This document shows, piece by piece, positions 1-11,617 of a stretch of 64,000 nucleotides of DNA. The notes under the pieces were generated by a model. That model was not told the origin of the DNA. It ran no database searches and saw only the letters and a list, made by a program, of their open reading frames with translations. Position 1 is the stretch's first letter, and every line of letters begins with the position of its first letter. This DNA comes from Paragordius varius (Eukaryota; Animalia; Nematomorpha), in assembly GCA_964247055.1 (NCBI GenBank), contig OZ176050.1, positions 10,106,001 to 10,170,000 on the forward strand, given 5' to 3'. The translations under genes were made by a program, and so were the position numbers.

Positions 1-48
1 AACTTAAATAAATCATTTGCCAAATAAATTTCAATGAAATTTACCAAC

Positions 49-330
49 CTCTTTTCCAATCTTATGTTGTAATTTGCTTAATTCATATTCCTTTTTTAGG
101 AGGGAAAGAGACATGAGCAATCTTTGAGGTATATTCGTTTCTTCCATCACTTTTTGAAGTTCAACGCTATCGGCGGAAGTGAGAGTAGCACCCAAATCAG
201 CCAAATAAACTGGGTTATCGGTGACTCCGCCTATTCGAGTGTTTTGAAACAGTTGAGCCACACTTTCTCGATAAAGTGGATTTAATGTTATAATATCCCG
301 GATCGTTTTAAGCACTTCAGCACACAGAGC
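49..330 (-). CDS. LONP1: LONP1 exon 5; the gene continues beyond the left edge of the window
   Basis: aatatag|GCT acceptor. Encodes [24 protein letters not shown]...[56 protein letters not shown]. Donor gttggt at 48. Confidence 0.92.
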
Positions 331-352
331 CTATATTTTGGAATAATTGATA

Positions 353-356
<4 letters not shown>

Positions 357-390
<34 letters not shown>
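357..390. repeat. (TA)n microsatellite in LONP1 intron 4
   Basis: Direct reading. Confidence 0.95.
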
Positions 391-395
<5 letters not shown>

Positions 396-430
396 ATATC
401 ATATGTAAACTTTAAGATAAAAAAGATTAC

Positions 431-798
431 CTTAATTTCTTCCGTCATTCGGAATTTTTCATGGGAATAATTTTCAACTTCGACCATAAGTATTGGAATT
501 TTTGGGTTGTTGTGGATTGGACCTCCTCCGTCATTTGTCAAAGGATTATTCATTGTATTGCCGTTTTCTTCGAGAGTCACATCAAATGGTGTTTCAATAA
601 TCTTTTTCTTTTCTGGTTTTATTATGGAAGTTTCCTCTTTTTTAGCGTTTAAAGTGGTTTGAGTTGCACGACGCCAAGCCCTACTAGGTAGGCCATTTAT
701 ATTACCGAATAAACTCGATTTCAAACGTGGCGTTATAACTGATTTATCTGAGGAATTACGTTTGGCCCCTGAAGCAAAGCCGTTATTATTGTTGGTGT
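431..798 (-). CDS. LONP1: LONP1 exon 4 (variable linker, then ILMVEVENYSHEKFRMTEEIK)
   Basis: aaattag|AC acceptor is phase-1 compatible and in frame with ORF 392..724. Phase-0 donor gtaatc at 430. Confidence 0.85.
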
Positions 799-1265
799 CT
801 AATTTGTGGTTGATATTTATATATAATACAGGTTAATGTTTATGCTAGATGTGGTAAAAATGGTTAGTGCAGGGTAAAATTTACCATTGAAAAGAAATAG
901 GCATGATGCCAAATGTAATGAAACAACAAAAAAATATATGAAAATTAGTGCAATAAATTAAAAAGACAATATAAACCAAAATGTCCTGTCACACTCTTTT
1001 CTAGTACCTGGATACCAAAATGTTTCGAAAACTTCAAGATAGTTTTAAAAAAATGTTAGATTACTTCTTAGCACAAAAATTTCATAATTAAGCAAAATCC
1101 TCAACTTAAATAATATAAAAATCATAAGTTGTTATTGTTAAATTTTTGTTTTGATTTAGTAAAACGAAAAAACATTCAATATAATAATTAAAATAATTTA
1201 AGTGGGCTGCTATTATAAATTGTTGCCAATAATGAATAAATGCTTAGGTAAATTTAGTGATTAAC

Positions 1266-1432
1266 CTTGGGCTACATCTTCAATATCTTTGATCATATTT
1301 AATATCTTAATTCTGCGATGGGCCATAACTATCATTCGGATTTTATCGCCTAAATCCTGCATTTCGTGAATATGAACAAAACTTCCTACCCGGTATAAAT
1401 CATCCATATTGTATAAAATTTCATGTTCATTA
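1266..1432 (-). CDS. LONP1: LONP1 exon 3
   Basis: atattag|T acceptor. Encodes NEHEILYNMDDLYRVGSFVHIHEMQDLGDKIRMIVMAHRRIKIL. Phase-1 donor gttaa at 1265. Confidence 0.9.
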
Positions 1433-1457
1433 CTAATATTTATAAGCTTATAATTAC

Positions 1458-1546
1458 TTGTCATCTTTTTTCATAAATATACCGGCATAAGGTTGATTTA
1501 ATTTAATTTTTCGTCGGAGTAATTCAATTAAAAGTTTATTTGTCAC
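1458..1546 (-). CDS. LONP1: LONP1 exon 2 (89 nt; not in the ORF track)
   Basis: ataatag|GTG acceptor. Encodes [29 protein letters not shown], colinear with human [29 protein letters not shown]. Phase-2 donor gtaatt at 1457. Confidence 0.92.
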
Positions 1547-1572
1547 CTATTATGATTATTTAATTAATAAAC

Positions 1573-1851
1573 CTCTAAAATTTTTATAAACCGTGGAAAA
1601 AGTGGATTTCTGTTGACAGCAATTACTGGAACATGCGGATAAACTTCAGGTATATGCATGGGAGCTAAAGCCATATTTTGTGTGGTGTACATTGGTGGAG
1701 CTGAATCTGGAGGTGCGGATTTCTCACTTTCCTCAAATTCCGGTGGCTCGTCATTGTTTGATTTGGACGAAAAATTTCTTTGCGCTATCGTTCGGCGGAG
1801 AAAATTTGAATAATTTGATCTGAATAAATAAATTTGAAATCTTGCTAACAT
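1573..1851 (-). CDS. LONP1: Mitochondrial Lon protease, coding exon 1 (targeting peptide and start of LON N-domain)
   Basis: ATG at 1851. The Arg-rich, acid-free N-terminus [29 protein letters not shown] is presequence-like. It continues to [27 protein letters not shown], matching the Lon N-domain. Phase-0 GT donor at 1572. Confidence 0.93.
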
Positions 1852-4608
1852 ATCCTGCTGATTGTCAAACCTAGGAGAGAATAATAAGTGTTATAAACAT
1901 GACAAAAAATATCCCGATTAACTGAGGGAATATTTATTAGGGTTTTGGATGTTTAGAGTAGGAAATATAGCAAATTTTACCCAAAAAAATTAAATCATAC
2001 TCTATAATTGACACTTCATAACGTTTTATTTTTTGGACGCGATGACATTTTGGGATAATTTTAGATCCTTAGCCTAGAGCGGTAAACAAACAAATGTTAA
2101 AAAGTTTTTTTAGTAAAAAATTAATTATCAATCCCTTTCTAGCACAGTGTCCACAAAAAATATCCTGATGAAATATATAAATATTATGATAGGAAAATGA
2201 ATTGGGATATGTTGGTGCTTTTGGTTTTGGCTCTTACAAATAATTTAAGTGGCTTTTTTACCTTTATGTAAGAGATCCATACCAGAAATTGCAAAAATTT
2301 CGCACATTTTAAATATAAAAATTACTAAAATTATCATATACGTATAAAAAGCAAAACAATATAGATGTGGGCTCAAAAATTTATTAATTTCTTCGCCTTT
2401 CTAAAATAGACTAATTCTCTAAAAATAAATGCGAAAATGGCGAGAATTTGCAATATCTCGAATATCGAAATATGCATAGAATTTTGTAAAACTTAATTTT
2501 TAGCAAAATTTTGTTAAAACGTACTTTATACTATTTTAAGGCATAATGGAAACAATGTCCGCTTTAAGATTATTAAAAACACTTTTTATTTATAATTCGA
2601 TGATGCTGAACCTTAATACCTTAGAATTTGGTTATTCATTTGTCCATAATATTATATAAAAATTGTGCTTTTAATAAAAATTTAAAATTGAAAGCAAACG
2701 AATCTTTAAATTAGAAATCTAACATAGAAATATTCAGCAACATCGAATTATATAGAAAAATTGTTTTATAATACCTTAAAGCGTTTTTATACCGTTTTAT
2801 ATTGCCCTAAAATAGTATTAAGTACGCTGCAATAAAATTTTGCTAAAAATTTAATTTTTTAAAAAAGTATGCATTTTTTATTTATAGTTTTAGTTGATAT
2901 CAAAATTTTACATATATTTCAAATTTTTATACCGCAATCTCGGCATTATCGCGTTTACAAGCCCATTTAAGAAGAGCAAAACAAGGAACTTTCAAAGCCC
3001 ACATCTAAAAATTAAATTTTTTCAAAAATATTGTAACTTTTTAAATGTAATTTATGATATCTCAGTGATATTTTTGTAATAAAACATTTAGCTTCCAAAA
3101 AATTTTGGGTAGCGCAGAAGCTACTACAAAAGTGATAATATTTACAACATTTTTCAAGGCCAAACCAAAAGCACGATGATAATCCTGATACATTTTCTTA
3201 TTAAATATATATTTCATGACAATTTTTTATATTTTCCGATTGTCAAGCAATGTACTAAAAAAACTAAAAATTTTTACAGTTTCTTAACTACGATTGAAAC
3301 AAATTGCTTGTTGTATTTGCGATATAAAAAATCCAAAAGAAAATATAGCGGCAAATTTAGTTATTTTATTTTCCATTTTTTTAAATTTGTTTAAGGTTAT
3401 ACGCATATTTAAATTTAGGTCAATACTATAATTTTTTATAGATATTTAACTAACTCTGGGGGATAAAACTATCCCAAATCATTAAGTGATTAAAAATTAC
3501 AGAACATCTATATACTTTAAATTAAGTAAATCCTTTTTTGACTTCGCTATAATCGATTCGGCTGTGTGAAATCAAGCCGCTCATGTCATTTAAATACAAC
3601 AAACAAAATTTATGCGTTAGTTGTAATTAACATATTTAAATAATACTAAATCGCCGAGGCAAAAGTTAAAATTGTATGCTTTTGGATTCGGACAATCATT
3701 CGCACATGACAAGTTATGAAAAACGGCCGCTAACATTTGTGACTTGAAAATAGGCGATGGCCAAAAGCATTTTCCACTTATTGAGGAATGGAAAATTTTA
3801 GTTGAATTTGATAAATGTTTTTTTCAGGAAGTTACATTTATTAACCGACCATAAGAATTATGGTTGTGTGGTAAAAGACTTTGCGTGATATTAACAATAT
3901 TTGATTTTAAGATGTATAACACTAGACGAAATTGGGAATCGAAAATGCTCTATTTATTAATATCATTTAATACCAAAAAGATAATGAATATTAATATTAT
4001 ATTTTTATATTATTAACCAAAATAAAAAATCGCATTCTTGTCGCACATTAGGTCGAACAAATTTTAATACAAAGGAGAAAAACGCGTCTACGCTATTTTA
4101 GATAATATATACCATAAGGATATTCCCAAACGCAAAATATTATCAATTACGATTTGAAAAAATCTAAGGGTTAAAGAACTTACGGGAATTAATGCCAAAG
4201 TGCACTTTGATGTAGAATTAGCACCCAATATATTATTATGCGGTCAATTTAAAATTTTTTTCTAAATATCATATACTATTTATAGAAAGTTTGCCCAATA
4301 TATCGCGTTTAAAAAATGTTTTTAGGATTATATAAGAAAAAGAAATTTTTTTACGTTTTGCAACAAAGCGGAAATAGCGCATAATTACAAAACATTAAAT
4401 ACATTTACTATACTCGATTGAAAAATAATCTATCGGCTCAATTATTCGATATAAGGAGTTTTTATGCCCAAAAACAGGGGTCAATAGCCAAAATGACACT
4501 AAAATGGTCAATCGCAACGATCACGGGTGATCTACACAAAAGGTTTTGCGGGCCGAATTTTTGTATACTAGAGAAAATTTGATATATAACTATTTAACGA
4601 CCTAAAAC

Positions 4609-4883
4609 CACAGGTGTCCAACACAAATGGCTTCGCGAACCGCATTTTTGGGTTAAAAAATGGATCGGCCGCATTCGCAAACTATATGGGCACTAAAAAA
4701 ATTTATTGGATAATAAAGATATGACTGTAAAAACTATTATTTATTTTAAAAATTGCTGGTTTATTGCCGAAATTCAGAAAAGCTTATTCAAAAATATTAT
4801 TTAAAAAAATTAATTTTACTTAGCGTTTGAGGTTTTTCGCGGGCTGCAAAGCTTTTCGAAGAGCCAGTTGTTGGACACTCCTG
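4609..4883. mobile_element. hAT-type MITE
   Basis: Terminal inverted repeats CACAGGTGTCCAAC / GTTGGACACTCCTG, and subterminal GGCCGC/GGGCTGC motifs. Flanks cctaaaac and gcataaac match at 5/8 as a degenerate 8-bp TSD. Confidence 0.6.
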
Positions 4884-5329
4884 GCATAAACGAACAATTA
4901 ATGATGTTCATGAAATTCTAGCATCAGTTAACAATTTTCTGAGAATAAGAAATATTCAAAAAATTATATCATAAAGGGGAAACTGATATTATAGTATATG
5001 TTGAATTAGTTTTTAACTAATATTTTTATTAAAGAATTTTGATTGTATATAAAAAAAGTTTATAATTTCGTGGGCGGGACAAAAAGTCGGGAAAGGCCGC
5101 ATTTTAAAACCCCTATGCTGGATGATGATGTCAAAATAAATTTCGAAAAAAATATTTTTTTAAATAATATTTTAGCGAAATTCGGTTAAAGCGTATGATT
5201 TGGTGGATACAAAGGGACCACAAGAACACTCTCTCATAATTGATGCCGCTCCTATTTTCTATTACCATTGTTTAACACGTCCGTACCTTTTTAGCTAACT
5301 TATGATGGATTTTAAATATAATTAACTTA

Positions 5330-5600
5330 AATAGTATCTCATATACGATGCAAAAATATGCATTCTGTGGCCTTTACGGCGCTGAATGCATGAAATCGGT
5401 AGATATAAAAGATATGCTGATATTTATCATCTAATTAAAGAATGCATCAGGATTATGGTTTTTTTTGGTTTTATGGCTTACAAGTTATAAGGTTATTTGG
5501 ACTAAAAACGCACAAATGCCAAGATTACATGATAAGAATTTTATGTGCGAGATCAGGGGAGTCCCACACGCAGCGCTCTGAGACATTATATGCGGCCTGA
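5330..5600 (+). mobile_element. Highly decayed RTE-like LINE fragment
   Basis: LYGAECM at 5372-5392 (RTE LYGxExW motif), with later RLFG and GSP-like segments. Heavily broken. Confidence 0.35.
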
Positions 5601-6416
5601 GAAAATTTGCAAAATAATAGGAATAATTTGCAAAATTCTTATGAAATAGCAAAATTGACATTCTTTAAATACATTTCCTAAAAAAATTCACTTCTAAACA
5701 ACCAAAAAAATTGTTCATATAAATAGAAGGTATTTTTTTACATTTAAAATCTGATAAAATATTCACTAATACCCAATATTTTCTAATGCGGCTAGCCATT
5801 TGTGTTGGACATTTCAGTGCTAGATTATGATTTGTATTTATTATTAAAAAATATATAAAAATGATTGAATATTTCTGCCTTTTTGTGTTTAAATGATTAA
5901 TGAATGATATTCTCACAAGAACAAATAAATATTAATTTTGGGCACGGCTAAAAAAAATTGTTTTTTGCTTTATACCTTTAATGTTTTATCCACTTTGCCA
6001 GCCATAATTATTCTAAATTTCACTTGTTATTTTAAACGGTTGTAAAGAATCCGTTCACGAAAATGGTTTTGGGTTTATTTCTTTGAGAAATGATAAATTA
6101 TTAAATTAACTGCACAATGCTTTGATTATCACAAATTAAATTTTAATATTTGACGTTAAGGTTTTAAAAAACTAGAATTTTACGCTTCTCATTTCTTTAT
6201 GCCCCATGTTGGAATTGGTTTAGTCTCAAGAACACATAATTTTTTACGCATTTAATAAATAAATTGTGCCGTTTTATGCCAATTCAACTATATAATTTGG
6301 ATTGTATCAAATATATTCAATATAGATATCTAAACTAGTTTAATTCAAAACTAAAGATTCAATCACAGAAGTTAAAACAATTTAAATGATTCCTTTTATC
6401 ACACCAAACATAAATT

Positions 6417-6465
6417 TTAATCCATATGCGGTTCTGGATGAAATTTCTTCATGTGATCCGTATAT
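6417..6465 (-). CDS. CUX1: CASP-specific terminal exon 15b
   Basis: attttag|A acceptor. Encodes YTDHMKKFHPEPHMD-stop (human FADHLHKFHEND). TAA at 6419-6417. Confidence 0.88.
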
Positions 6466-6521
6466 CTAAAATAATAAATAATATATAAATGTTGCAGAAA
6501 ATCGAGTAAGTAAAATGAAAC

Positions 6522-6565
6522 CTTTCAGCCCAATCACTTTTTGTCCAAGCCAAATGATACAATAC
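6522..6565 (-). CDS. CUX1: CASP-specific exon 14b
   Basis: ctctacag|GTA acceptor. Encodes VLYHLAWTKSDWAER (human VLYKLAWSES). Phase-2 donor gtttca at 6521. Confidence 0.88.
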
Positions 6566-6940
6566 CTGTAGAGTTTAAAAATCATATCATTTAATTTATA
6601 AATAACTAATAATTTTTAAGTCATTTAATAAAACCTTATATAACTTGCGAAAAATGACCTTTTAAGCGAAAAAATTTAGAAATGAAAATTTATTAAGCTA
6701 ACTTTCGTTTTCTGCGCTATGAAAAAATTGCCATTTTAATATGGCAAATTAAAAAATCCAAAAACATTATCACATAATTCTAAATTTATTTCCTTTTTAA
6801 ATGAAGCAAATAATTTTTAATTTTTATTATATATCTTAAGGAGGATGATGCCCAACAATGATTACATTTTCAACCAAACTTTTTTAGCGATTATACATAA
6901 ATATTTTCTACAATAAATGGATGTTTTAGAGATATTATAC

Positions 6941-7078
6941 CATAAAAACTAAAACATGTAGCGAAATAATGTAAATGAATGCAAAAAAACGTGTCCGTCG
7001 ACTTGAAACCATGTTAGTAGCCAAAAAATGGATAATACGTTCAGGCGGATTTAAACTGTTTAATTTTCTTTGTTTTTC
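6941..7078 (-). CDS. CUX1: CASP-specific exon 13b, transmembrane anchor
   Basis: ttatgcag|GAA acceptor. Encodes EKQRKLNSLNPPERIIHFLATNMVSSRRTRFFAFIYIISLHVLVFM, which has the Tyr/His (n, n+5) pair of the CASP/giantin/golgin-84 TM segment. Donor gtataa at 6940. Confidence 0.92.
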
Positions 7079-7138
7079 CTGCATAAATTAACAAAAAATG
7101 AAATGATATAAATTCCATATAATTAATTTTGATTCAAG

Positions 7139-7143
<5 letters not shown>

Positions 7144-7180
<37 letters not shown>
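7144..7180. repeat. (TA)n microsatellite starting at a CASP splice donor
   Basis: Minus strand reads AAG|gtatatatat... Confidence 0.95.
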
Positions 7181-7181
<1 letters not shown>

Positions 7182-7184
<3 letters not shown>

Positions 7185-7442
7185 CAAATGAAAATCTTTG
7201 AATGGGTCCAATCGATTTTCATAACTCTCGCTGTAATTAATTTCTACAACTTTGCCTTTTGACTTACGAGATGGTGAGACAGATCTTTCTCTTATACTGC
7301 TCAAACTTGCAGGCCCAATAGAAGTGGACGGTTTATAACTTTGGAGAAATCGAATTTTTTCGTACAACATCAAATTATCATTTTTTAGATTACGTAACTC
7401 ATTATCGGTCGTTTGTAGTTTGCGTTTCAAATCAGAATTTTC
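7182..7442 (-). CDS. CUX1: CASP-specific exon 12b (CASP_C region)
   Basis: ttccatag|GAA acceptor. Encodes ENSDLKRKLQTTDNELRNLKNDNLMLYEKIRFLQSY...YSESYENRLDPFKDFHLK. Donor gtatat at 7181. Confidence 0.94.
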
Positions 7443-7725
7443 CTATGGAAAAGAGCAAAAAAGTTAGCCTAAAAACGAAGAACGGCATAGTTTATAAATA
7501 ACATTTATTTTATGTTATTTTTATTCCTATGATACAAATACATAAATGATCTTTTCAATATTTTTACTAAATATTTAATTAAAAACTATATAATATGGAG
7601 CTAATTAGCCCAAATCAATTTATTGCTCGCAAATATAATTGTTACTACTAATTAAATTGTATTTATACACAAACATTATAAATATAACAAATATCGTAAT
7701 TTAGTTATTTCTAACGATAAATTAC

Positions 7726-7835
7726 CAGCTCCAATTCCTTTGTTCGAGTTTTAAAGCGTTCCCTTTGGCTTGATACAATCGGCAGCAAAGTATCTGCCGT
7801 GGCCATTGAATTAATAGATTCCATTGATGAGAACC
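7726..7835 (-). CDS. CUX1: CASP-specific exon 11b
   Basis: Encodes FSSMESINSMATADTLLPIVSSQRERFKTRTKELEL (human SLLSIISSQRERFRARNQELEA). Donor gtaatt at 7725. Confidence 0.92.
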
Positions 7836-7909
7836 CTTATTTTGTGTAAAAATGTTGATTGTAAAATATGATACGACAAATATTTTGACGTTAAATTAAA
7901 TAATTTTAC

Positions 7910-7976
7910 TTATTTGCCCTGGTGGAATAAGTGCAGATTTAAGAAGATCTGATGACAAGGGAGATTGCAGTCCACT
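7910..7976 (-). CDS. CUX1: CASP-specific exon 10b
   Basis: tttttcag|AGT acceptor. Encodes SGLQSPLSSDLLKSALIPPGQI. Phase-1 donor gtaaaa at 7909. It bridges the phases of its neighbours, but sequence similarity is weak. Confidence 0.72.
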
Positions 7977-8739
7977 CTGAAAAATATTAAAAAAAACAAT
8001 TTTTCATTTATCAAAATAAAAACATAAAATATGGCATATAATAGCGGGTAATTTTTATTTGATATAATTTTTGAGAAAATATATAGGGGCACAAAAAATA
8101 TAACTTAATTTATTTTACCAGATTGCTAAAATATAATTTTAAAGGGCATTAATGGGTAAGTAGTTATTGATTTTTTTGTAAAAAACGGATATTGAAATAT
8201 TGATATTTAAGTTGCTTCTGACAATAGCGCCTTCAAATTAATAAATTAGTATAATTAATTATATGAAGTTATAATTTAAAAATATAATTTTTATTTGAAT
8301 TATCATGTCTCCAAGTTATTTACATAGTAAACGTGAATTTCCTCCCTGTACAAAATTGGATAAATATATCCCGACAATAATTATATATATATAGGTCTAG
8401 GATTAATTATCATAGTTGAGTAAGGCTGTGCCGGAATGTTTTACAATGTATTGTTACCGATGCTCAAAGAGTGAGTTTTCATATCAAAGTTATCGCTTTT
8501 CATTGGATTTTGTAAGCTTTTGATCTGCTGTGTGGTTATGTTATCTAAGCCTAAGAGTTTTACGCATGTTTTGTAATGATTGACCTCGTCGCAAGATTTT
8601 ATTATTAGTCATTCAGTAATTTAATAATCAATAAATATGTTATGAGCTTTTGCTTTTCATATTCCGATATGAACTTTTTATCATACTGATTTAATTAATG
8701 GGTATTTTTGATGACAATTTATTGAATTAACGGCCAAAA

Positions 8740-9460
8740 ATTTTCGGCGTCGTCGCCGTAATCTGGAAAAACTTGAAAAAGTCAAATCTGGATTTAACAC
8801 CTCTTTTGCTCTAATGCTCTATCTGCCACACAAAGGTTAAAACGAATGCGATTTTGTGTACATTTTGTAAAATGTGGGCTTACAAAAATGCACTAACTTG
8901 AAGGAAAATTAATTGACAATCATAACTTCAAATGCCAAAGCTGCATATTGAGGAAACCAAACATACCTAAATTACGAGAGTTAATTATATAAAATTTTTG
9001 GTTCGAAATCATGAACAATTTCACCTATCTAGGTAACATCCGTTGAGGATGCCAAACAACCATATCACATAGAATCAAACTCGGCCGGGCAAAATTTAAC
9101 CAACTCAAATATGTATTAATACATAGAGACATAACCGTAAAAATAAAATCAAAATGTATAAAGTGGGTGTCCGCCCTACCCTTACCAACGTCTGCGAAAC
9201 TTGAGCCATCAAAAAAACATTAGAAATAAGATTAAAAAGAATGGGAGACAGAATGCTAAAATAAATGATGATAAATACTACCATAAATGAACTAGAACCA
9301 ATAACAGCTTTTATCAGAACAAATAGACTTCACAAATTGGGCCACATAGGATCTACTATAGACTCATCTGCAAAAGAAATTCTTGAAGGGACTAAAACAA
9401 CTTGGACCCAGATTATAGAACAAGATTCAAATTCCTAAACTTACCTCGCGCAACAAAAGA
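8740..9460 (+). mobile_element. RTE-clade LINE remnant (RT C-terminal region with embedded PHD-like finger)
   Basis: Broken translation: ICHTKVKTNAILCTFCKMWAYK..C...FKCQSC (from 8821), then NNFTYLGNI, RIKLGRAKFNQLK, KMYKVGVRPTLTNVCET*AI, RTNRLHKLGHIG. Confidence 0.8.
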
Positions 9461-10158
9461 TAGAGATATATATCGTAAATTAATCCAACCAATAATACCT
9501 ATAATAAACAGAAAAGCAGTTTAATAATGTATTACGCTATAATAGCCGATTGTACTTTGGAGAGTTAAGAATGTTGATTTGGGTTTTAATTTCTTTTATT
9601 AATTTCATGTATATAAAGTGGATTAATGCGAGAAGACAAACAGTTTGTGTTCGATTGATAACTCAATGAGACAATTTCCTCTGTCGTAATTGCCTGTTAT
9701 TTGTGATTAATCTTCCGAGACAATGGCGGCATTTGGCTTCTTTGCAATAATATTGTTTATTCATTTTTCTTGAGATATGAGCGTCGAAATTGATAATAAT
9801 ACGTCGTTATAAAAATATTAAGTTTCAGATACGTTAGTTAATGGTTTAATTAGTAAAGGTCCATTTCGTTTTGATCAGTGAATTGGTGGGAAAGAGACAT
9901 TGTAGGTCTAAATTCCTATTACTATGACATTTATTTCATTTGCGATTGCTCAAGTACAAAAGAAAATTCGTTTTGTGCATTTTCATAATATTGTGTAACG
10001 GTTTCCTTGACCGCACTTTATATACAAATCTAAGGGCAATACTTTTAAATTTAATCCATTTCAACAAAAATGGATTTAAAACTAGTAAATGACTCACTTT
10101 GTAAGCGAAAATGCAAAAAACAATACTAAAAATATATAAGAGAAGAAATTATAAATAC

Positions 10159-10301
10159 TTCATTCATTTCATCGTGCCCATGACCCATAGCCATACCTTG
10201 AAGTGCAGACACGTCTTTCTCCAATTTTTCAATCAAAGCATTTTGTTCAGTGAACCGCTGCTCGTTCGCTGTATTTTGCACATTAAGCTTTTCGACTTTA
10301 T
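10159..10301 (-). CDS. CUX1: CASP-specific exon 9b
   Basis: tttgcag|AT acceptor is phase-1 compatible with donor 20892. Encodes DKVEKLNVQNTANEQRFTEQNALIEKLEKDVSALQ (human ...TATEQRELIARLEQDLSIIQ). Donor gtattt at 10158. Confidence 0.9.
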
Positions 10302-11617
10302 CTGCAAATAATGTAATATAGTTAATAAAACCCATATAAAATCACACATACAAGTTTTTATATTTTAATACCATTTTATATACATAATTAAATCCAAAAT
10401 CGTCGCTTTTTAATATTGTCACTCTATAGCTTCATTTTAGCCTCCTAAAAACATATTAATACCTTAAATATAAGGTTTAACTACCGATATTTAGCTTGAG
10501 CAAGCCATACGTAAACAACTCAATTTTCAATTAATTTTGAATTTATTGAAAAATATACATAATTTAACTAAATTGTAGAATAATAATAATATATGGGATG
10601 TATGAATTTAAATAGTATAATTAATATAATATTATAATATATGAATTTTTAAAATGAGATTACGTTGAAGTACATGTTTGACATATCAGTTTTTGTTACA
10701 AAAAATATTTCATGTGAGATTATCAATAAGTAATCAAAAGTTTTATTAAGAAAAGTATAAATATATATATCAATGTAGATCCAAAAAATTCCGTCAAAAA
10801 ATGAGCACAAAACATTTGTTAAGGTTTTTTTGGTTGGCATTTATCATATATATTTGATCATCATCCATTGTGTATTCTAAATACAATTTTTTTGGATCTG
10901 TCTGTACATAACATTTGGCAACTTTGGAATTAAAATGGGAGGGAAGGGAATGATAATTAGGAAAAAGTATACATAATAAAAAAAACTGATTAGATAATTT
11001 AATGAGATTTCTGGTTTTTGATTTAGTGCGGAAGGGGAAAAACGACAAACCCTTTTCTCTGGTCAGAAAAACCCTGTGGCCAAACATATACTTATCCAAC
11101 GTTACTTTGTTAGTAATATGAGGAAATATTGGCTACCAATTAACCGGGAAATTTTTGTAAACAACGGGATACAAACTTTCTATCAAAATATATTGCATTG
11201 ACAAACAAAAATTATATAGGGATAAATATAAATACATGGAAAAATATTAACATATAAAAAATGATAGATTGTGAGAGTAACATATAAAAAATATGTATCA
11301 TAAAATGCCAATTAACAAAAATTTGGTCATTTTGCCGTGTTGTGCAGGAGTTATGGAAAATAAGTAGTGCTGAGGAGTGTATGGTATTTTGTACAAGATT
11401 GAAATTTGATCAAATTTGGTTTTGATTTAATTTTCATTCCCATTACGTAAGGAATGAAAATGTAAATGCATACAACCTTTTATAGTCCCTTTTAAGTTAT
11501 CAAAAAACTTTTCTTCAACAAACATATATCACACAAATTATGTATAAATATAAAAAAACAAATTCATTATAAAATAGATAGAAAAATGTTGGCGTTTGGA
11601 AAGTGTGTACGTATAAA

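Noticed and set aside
9540-9960. Minus-strand EAKCRHCLGR segment as a CASP exon or LINE zinc-knuckle remnant
   Set aside because: All frames have stops, CASP phases close without it, and a single CxxC is too little to classify.
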